Below are positions 59,000-64,000 of a stretch of DNA of 64,000 bases, in pieces (position 1 is the stretch's first letter; every line of letters begins with the position of its first letter). The notes beneath the pieces are model-generated. The model saw only the letters and a list, made by a program, of their open reading frames with translations, was not told the DNA's origin and did not search any database. This DNA is from an uncultured Bacilli bacterium (GTDB lineage Bacteria; Bacillota_I; Bacilli_A; RF39; UBA660). A program made the translations under genes and the position numbers. The stretch lies in the NCBI GenBank assembly GCA_944329195.1, contig CALVHX010000001.1:3562-67561 (forward strand), given 5' to 3'.

Positions 59000-60515
59000 A
59001 CTTCATCCAGCATTAGTATTTCTAATACTTACATTGGTTATTATGATTATTAGTAGTATTGGAAGTATACTGGATTTGGAGGCTAGTTATTATGTTGTCA
59101 ATGAAGCTACTGGAGACTTAACAACACAAGTTGTTACTATTAATAATTTATTTAATAGAACAGGACTTCAGTATTTGATAAGTAATATGTTAAATAACTT
59201 TTTAGAGTTTGCTCCACTTGGAAATTTGATTGTTGGACTTCTTGGTGTAGGAGTTGCTTATAAATCTGGTTTTTTAAATTCTTTATTTAAGATGATTGGT
59301 CAAAAAGTTCCAAAAAAGGTTTTAACTTTTTTAACTGTTTTATTAGGAATTATTTTTTCTATGTTTTATGAAGTTGGCTATGTTATTTTAATTCCTCTAG
59401 CTGCTATACTATTTATGAATTTAGGAAGACATCCTTCTGCTGGAATATGTTCAGCGTTTTCTGGAATTACCTTTGGTTATGGAGCTAATATTGTGGTTAA
59501 TAGATTGGATAGTATGCTTGCTGAATATACTAGTAAAGCGGTTTCTATATTAGATACTTCTTATAATGTTAATTTGTATGGTAATATTATTTTTACAATT
59601 ATTAGTACTTTTTTAATTGCCTATTTGGGGATGATTGTTACCGAAAGGTTTATTATTCCTAAACTAGGGAAATACAATTTTGACTCGGAAGAACCATCAC
59701 AAAGTGATACTGTTGGTAAAAAAGAAAAAAAAGGGGTTATTATTGCTTTTGGTGCAAGTTTAATTGCTACTCTTATATTAATTTATTGTATTATTAAGGG
59801 ACTTCCATTTTCTGGATTGCTTCTCGATCTTAGTAAGTCTAATTATGTTGATATGCTATTTGGTGAGGGGTCATATTTTTATCAAGGATCAGTAACTATA
59901 TTTTCATTTATGTTAATTTTTAGTTCATTAATATATGGTATTAGAGTGAAAACAATAGATGATAATAGAGATTTAGTTGATGGAATGAGTTATTATTTAA
60001 AGGATGTTGCGTCAATACTTGTTTTAATATTTTTTGCTTCGCAATTTTGTTTGATATTTAGACAAACAAACATAGGTTTATTTATTGTTGCTTCTTTATC
60101 GGAACTACTTAATGGTATGCAACTGTCTGGCTTATTACTGGTAATAGTAACTTTTATAGTCGTTGCTATTTCGACATTTTTTGTTCCAGCTGCTTCTACT
60201 AAATGGGCTATGTTATCTCCTGTTATTGTTCCAATGTTTATGCAAAGTTCTATGTCTGCTGAATTTTCGGAAGCTGTCTTTAGAGCGGCAGATTCTAGCA
60301 TGAAAGGAATTACTCCTTTATTTACTTATTTTGTTATTTTAATTGGGTTTTTACATATTTACAATAAGAGAAAAAATGATGTAATTACGATTACTGATGC
60401 TATGAGTTTAATGGTTCCTTATGCTATAGCTTTTACTGTTTTATGGTTTATTATTATTTTAGGATTCTATATTATTGGTATTCCTATTGGTATTGATACT
60501 GGTGTTATGTTATAA
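58980..60515 (+). CDS. abgT: AbgT-family (p-aminobenzoyl-glutamate) transporter
   Basis: FAPLGNLIVGLLGVGVA, GRHPSAG, FSGITFGYGANIV and the C-terminal GIPIGIDTG align with E. coli AbgT motifs. Confidence 0.7.
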   Translation: MKKKKIRLHPALVFLILTLVIMIISSIGSILDLEASYYVVNEATGDLTTQVVTINNLFNRTGLQYLISNMLNNFLEFAPLGNLIVGLLGVGVAYKSGFLNSLFKMIGQKVPKKVLTFLTVLLGIIFSMFYEVGYVILIPLAAILFMNLGRHPSAGICSAFSGITFGYGANIVVNRLDSMLAEYTSKAVSILDTSYNVNLYGNIIFTIISTFLIAYLGMIVTERFIIPKLGKYNFDSEEPSQSDTVGKKEKKGVIIAFGASLIATLILIYCIIKGLPFSGLLLDLSKSNYVDMLFGEGSYFYQGSVTIFSFMLIFSSLIYGIRVKTIDDNRDLVDGMSYYLKDVASILVLIFFASQFCLIFRQTNIGLFIVASLSELLNGMQLSGLLLVIVTFIVVAISTFFVPAASTKWAMLSPVIVPMFMQSSMSAEFSEAVFRAADSSMKGITPLFTYFVILIGFLHIYNKRKNDVITITDAMSLMVPYAIAFTVLWFIIILGFYIIGIPIGIDTGVML

Positions 60516-60600
60516 ATAAATTATTTATAATTAATAAAGAAAAACTATTGAAAGTAAAAGTAAACTATGTTATAATTCTTATTGTAAGATAGGAGGATGT

Positions 60601-61998
60601 ATGAAAAATAGGTTTAGAATTTGTTGCTATTTGGTTTTTTCTATATTTATAGGTTTATTTGTTTTTAGTGAGTATGAAGCTATGACTGCTGCTGATGATA
60701 ATGTTGGAACATCTGATGAAAATTTATCTTGTACTGTTTATACTAATAGGTATTTCTTTATTGAAATTAACAGTAATGATATTTATGAAATAAGAGTTGC
60801 CGATGGTGCTGTTTGGGATAGACATCATGGTACTTATTTTCCAGCTTTGGGGGCATCAACTGCTTTAAATGAGAGAGATATTTGTTTGAAGCGTAATGCT
60901 GATGATACGACTACTTGTGCTAGTTTTGATAGCTCTGATCAGATGACTTTGGAAGATTTTTATATTAGTTATCAAAAAGTTGCTACTGAAGGTACGGAAG
61001 TAACGTTTAGTATACCAGATGGCAGCGGAACTACTACGGCGAAAGTTTATGAGTATACTGGTGCGGAATTTTCTGGTAAGAAGAGTGTATTTAGAGATTT
61101 TACGCATGGCAGTTGGTTTAATACTTCTGACGAAGGTGTAGTCGGTGAAATTAATGATGAGAGTGTTGACTTGAGTAGTTCACAAATTGAGGCAATGGTT
61201 AATGCTAGTGCTTTACCTCATTATATTCAGTTTTCATCTTCTAATGAGAGTGAATTTTTTTACATGACTATTCGTAGGCAAATAGAAGCAGCGCAAAATG
61301 GTAATGATAGCGTTACACCATTTGATGTTATTTGGAAAGAAGGTGGAAATGCTGTTTCATCTATTGTATCTCCAGCTTTGTATGTTATAACTTATGAAGT
61401 TTGTGAAGAGATACCTGTTCCTGTTAAATATAATGCTACTATTGATTATTTTTATGCTGGAACTGAAAAAAGAGTTGAATTTGGTGATGATGTTGCTAAT
61501 CCTTGGACTAAATCTGATTTAGAGGATAATTATACTGAAACTGTTACATCTCCTTCATTGGAAAATTGTACTTTTGATAAGGAACAAGTTGAGGTAAAGA
61601 TTGAAGGAAAAGATTTCTATGATGTGGTTTATTATACTTGTGAGGAAGAAGTTAAGTTTAATGCTACTATAGATTATTTTTATGAAGGTACTACTGAAAG
61701 AGTTGAGTTTGATGATGAAGAGGATAATCCTTGGAAAAAAACTGATTTAGAGGATAAATATACAGAGACAGTTACTTCTCCATCTAAAAAGAATTGTACT
61801 CCAGATAAAGAAAAAGTAAATGTTAGTATTAATGGTAAAGACTTTTATGATGTGGTTTACTATGCTTGTGAAGAAGTTGAAAATCCTGTAACTGGTACTG
61901 CTTTCATAATTGTTGCTACTGTTGTGGGGGCTGGTGCGATTACTGGTGCTGCCGTGTATTACAATAAGAAAGTAAAGAAAAAGGAAGATAATGTTTAA
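60601..61998 (+). CDS. secreted/surface protein with signal peptide, two tandem ~75-aa MucBP-like repeats and a C-terminal TM anchor
   Basis: Repeats NATIDYFYAGTEKRVEF...DFYDVVYYTCEE and NATIDYFYEGTTERVEF...DFYDVVYYACEE (DNA about 61423-61647 and 61648-61872). C-terminal hydrophobic stretch plus KKVKKKED. Confidence 0.55.
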   Translation: MKNRFRICCYLVFSIFIGLFVFSEYEAMTAADDNVGTSDENLSCTVYTNRYFFIEINSNDIYEIRVADGAVWDRHHGTYFPALGASTALNERDICLKRNADDTTTCASFDSSDQMTLEDFYISYQKVATEGTEVTFSIPDGSGTTTAKVYEYTGAEFSGKKSVFRDFTHGSWFNTSDEGVVGEINDESVDLSSSQIEAMVNASALPHYIQFSSSNESEFFYMTIRRQIEAAQNGNDSVTPFDVIWKEGGNAVSSIVSPALYVITYEVCEEIPVPVKYNATIDYFYAGTEKRVEFGDDVANPWTKSDLEDNYTETVTSPSLENCTFDKEQVEVKIEGKDFYDVVYYTCEEEVKFNATIDYFYEGTTERVEFDDEEDNPWKKTDLEDKYTETVTSPSKKNCTPDKEKVNVSINGKDFYDVVYYACEEVENPVTGTAFIIVATVVGAGAITGAAVYYNKKVKKKEDNV

Positions 61999-62107
61999 AA
62001 ATATGACTATAGACTTATCTTTAGTCTTCTTTGGACAGTATTTAAGATGGTATTGTTAAATACTGTCTTTTTTGCTATAATGTATAGGTAAGAAAGAGGT
62101 GATATAA

Positions 62108-63205
62108 ATGAGTTTGACTGCAGGGATTGTCGGTTTACCTAATGTTGGAAAATCTACTTTATTTAATGCTATTACTAAAAAAAATATTCTAGCGGCTAAT
62201 TATCCGTTTGCTACTATTGATCCTAATGTTGGTGTTGTTACTGTTCCTGATAAAAGAGTTGAAGTATTAGAAAATATGTATATTCCTGAAAGGACAATTC
62301 CTACTACTTATGAATTTATTGATATAGCAGGATTAGTTAAAGGAGCTAGTGTTGGAGAAGGTTTGGGAAACAAATTTTTGTCTCATATAAGGCAAGTTGA
62401 TGCTATAGTTGAAGTTGTCAGATGCTTTGATGATGAAAATATTATTCACGTTGATGGAAGTGTTGATCCTATTAGAGATATTGAAGTTATTAACATTGAA
62501 CTAGTTCTTTCGGATTTAGAAATTATTACATCTAGAATTGGTAAAATAGGTAAAAGGGCAATGACCTCTAAAGATAAAAATGATTTAAAAGAAGTGGAAT
62601 TATTAGAACGAATAAAAGCTTCTTTAGAAAAAAATATTCCTGTTAGAATGTTGCATCTTAGTGATGACGAAAAGAAAATTATTAGTTCTTTTAATTTGAT
62701 TACGTTAAAGCCTATTATTTATGCTGCTAATGTTGGAGAAAAAGATATTTCTTGTGGTAATGAGTATACTAAAAGGGTATTGGAGTATGCTAATAACGAG
62801 GGAAGTGAGTCTGTCATTATATCTGCTAAAATTGAAAGTGAACTTTCTGAGCTTAATGATGACGATAAACAACTTTTTTTAGAAGAATTGGGTATTAGTG
62901 CCAGTGGACTTGACAAACTGATAGATAAGACTTACAAATTGTTGGGATTAGCTACCTTCTTTACTGTGGGATCTGATGAAGTTAGAGCTTGGACTTTTAA
63001 AAAGGGAATGAAAGCTCCGGAATGTGCGGGTATTATTCATTCTGACTTCGAAAGAGGTTTTATTAAAGCGGAAGTTATGTCATATGATGATTTGATAAAA
63101 TATGGTAGCGAAATTAAAGTAAGAGAAAATGGTAAAGTTAGAATTGAAGGTAAAGATTATGTAGTTCAAGATGGTGACATTTGCCATTTTAGATTTAATG
63201 TATGA
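62108..63205 (+). CDS. ychF: ribosome-binding ATPase YchF
   Basis: GLPNVGKSTLFNAIT G1 motif, TGS domain at the C-terminus. Confidence 0.9.
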   Translation: MSLTAGIVGLPNVGKSTLFNAITKKNILAANYPFATIDPNVGVVTVPDKRVEVLENMYIPERTIPTTYEFIDIAGLVKGASVGEGLGNKFLSHIRQVDAIVEVVRCFDDENIIHVDGSVDPIRDIEVINIELVLSDLEIITSRIGKIGKRAMTSKDKNDLKEVELLERIKASLEKNIPVRMLHLSDDEKKIISSFNLITLKPIIYAANVGEKDISCGNEYTKRVLEYANNEGSESVIISAKIESELSELNDDDKQLFLEELGISASGLDKLIDKTYKLLGLATFFTVGSDEVRAWTFKKGMKAPECAGIIHSDFERGFIKAEVMSYDDLIKYGSEIKVRENGKVRIEGKDYVVQDGDICHFRFNV

Positions 63206-63215
63206 AAGGATGAAT

Positions 63216-64000
63216 ATGAGAGAAAGAAATAGTTTGGATGTTAGATATACTTGGGATTTAGAAAAAATATACGATGATATTTCACTTTTTGAAAAAGATT
63301 ATTTAAAAGTTAAGAAACTAATAACTGAATTATCTGATCATGAGGATAAGATGATGAATGACGCTGAAAATTTTTATGAATCGATAAGACTTTCTTATGA
63401 GATCGAAAGGTTATTAGATAAGCTTTCTGTCTATGCAAGTTTATCTTTTGATTTAGATACATCTGATAATGATAAACAGGAGTTAAGTGAAAGGGTTAAT
63501 AATCTTAAAAGTGATTATTTAAAGAAAAGTTATTTTATAGTTCCTAATATTTTAAAGTGTGATTACTCTGTTATTGAAAAATATTATGAGGTTTTTCCTA
63601 AACTTAAAGAATATGAGATATCTTTGAAAAACATATATAGATATAAGAAGCACACTTTGAGTGATAGTGAGGAGAAGGTTTTATCTAGTTTTAATAGAAT
63701 ACTTGGTAAGTGTTATGAAACTTATGAGTTATTTAAGGACTGCGATATGTCTTTTGGGAAAATATTGGATGAAGATGGAAGTGAAGTACAGCTTACTAAT
63801 AGTAGTTATTCTTTATATATTGAAAGTAGAAGTAGAAAAGTTAGAAAGAAGGCCTTTGATACTTTATACGGTGAATATCAGAAATATTCTAATACGTATG
63901 CATCATTATTGGCAACTAATATGAAAGAGCTCTCGACACTAGCTAAAATTAAAAAATATAAATCGGCTATTGAGATGTCACTTTTTGCGGATGATGTACC
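63216..64000 (+). CDS. pepF: oligoendopeptidase F (M3 family), 3'-truncated at window edge
   Basis: MRERNSLDVRYTWDLEKIY... N-terminal PepF-like region, open to the end of the window. AAGGA RBS upstream. Confidence 0.6.
   Translation, partial: MRERNSLDVRYTWDLEKIYDDISLFEKDYLKVKKLITELSDHEDKMMNDAENFYESIRLSYEIERLLDKLSVYASLSFDLDTSDNDKQELSERVNNLKSDYLKKSYFIVPNILKCDYSVIEKYYEVFPKLKEYEISLKNIYRYKKHTLSDSEEKVLSSFNRILGKCYETYELFKDCDMSFGKILDEDGSEVQLTNSSYSLYIESRSRKVRKKAFDTLYGEYQKYSNTYASLLATNMKELSTLAKIKKYKSAIEMSLFADDV

Noticed and set aside
63661-63924. 87-aa + strand ORF in the supplied track
   Set aside because: It is an out-of-frame ORF inside the open pepF reading frame, which is not listed in the track only because it lacks a stop inside the window. 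Low-complexity hydrophobic translation.
1-64000. Search for tRNA/rRNA genes, transposases, integrases, phage genes and toxin-antitoxin pairs
   Set aside because: No GGTTCGA-type T-arm motifs or rRNA-like conserved stretches were recognised by eye, and no ORF resembles a transposase, integrase or phage structural protein. The window appears to be core chromosome, with accessory character only in the repeat families, the HerA-like gene, the comK-like gene and the surface-protein loci.

Overview
AT-rich (about 27-28% GC) chromosomal segment from a low-GC Firmicute (Bacillota) covering the replication origin. Gene content and order match the Bacillus subtilis origin-proximal region, with several differences. 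Left of dnaA lie the 3' end of rpoD/sigA, a reduced sufC-sufD(short)-sufS-sufU operon, polC, polA, mutM, a convergent cell-envelope pair (QxxRW GT2 glycosyltransferase and LtaS) and a stand-alone HerA/DUF87-family ATPase. DnaA-box clusters lie upstream of dnaA and between dnaA and dnaN. A ComK-like gene sits where yaaA would be, between dnaN and recF, followed by gyrB-gyrA. Next come an SRP (4.5S/scr) RNA and a roughly 930 bp non-coding centromere-like array of 8 parS sites that includes a 294 bp tandem duplication. After that: tadA-dnaX-ebfC-recR-bofA-holB-ricT-yabB-rsmI-pth-mfd-spoVT, a T-box leader, dut-metG-tatD-yabE-like, spoIID-like, an M23 peptidase, spoIIID, mbl, rpiB, dusB, lysS, clpC, transporters, surface proteins, ychF and the 5' end of pepF. 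The most striking non-genic signal is a second palindrome family, seven perfect copies of TATTTCCCGGGAAATA, which matches the Noc-binding site (NBS). All copies sit next to or inside replication and repair genes. Two of them are in-frame insertions within dnaX and one supplies the last codons and stop of recF. No transposase, integrase, CRISPR or tRNA genes were recognised. The intended 'new system' is probably the NBS/parS partition-site architecture, the HerA-like ATPase at oriC, or both.
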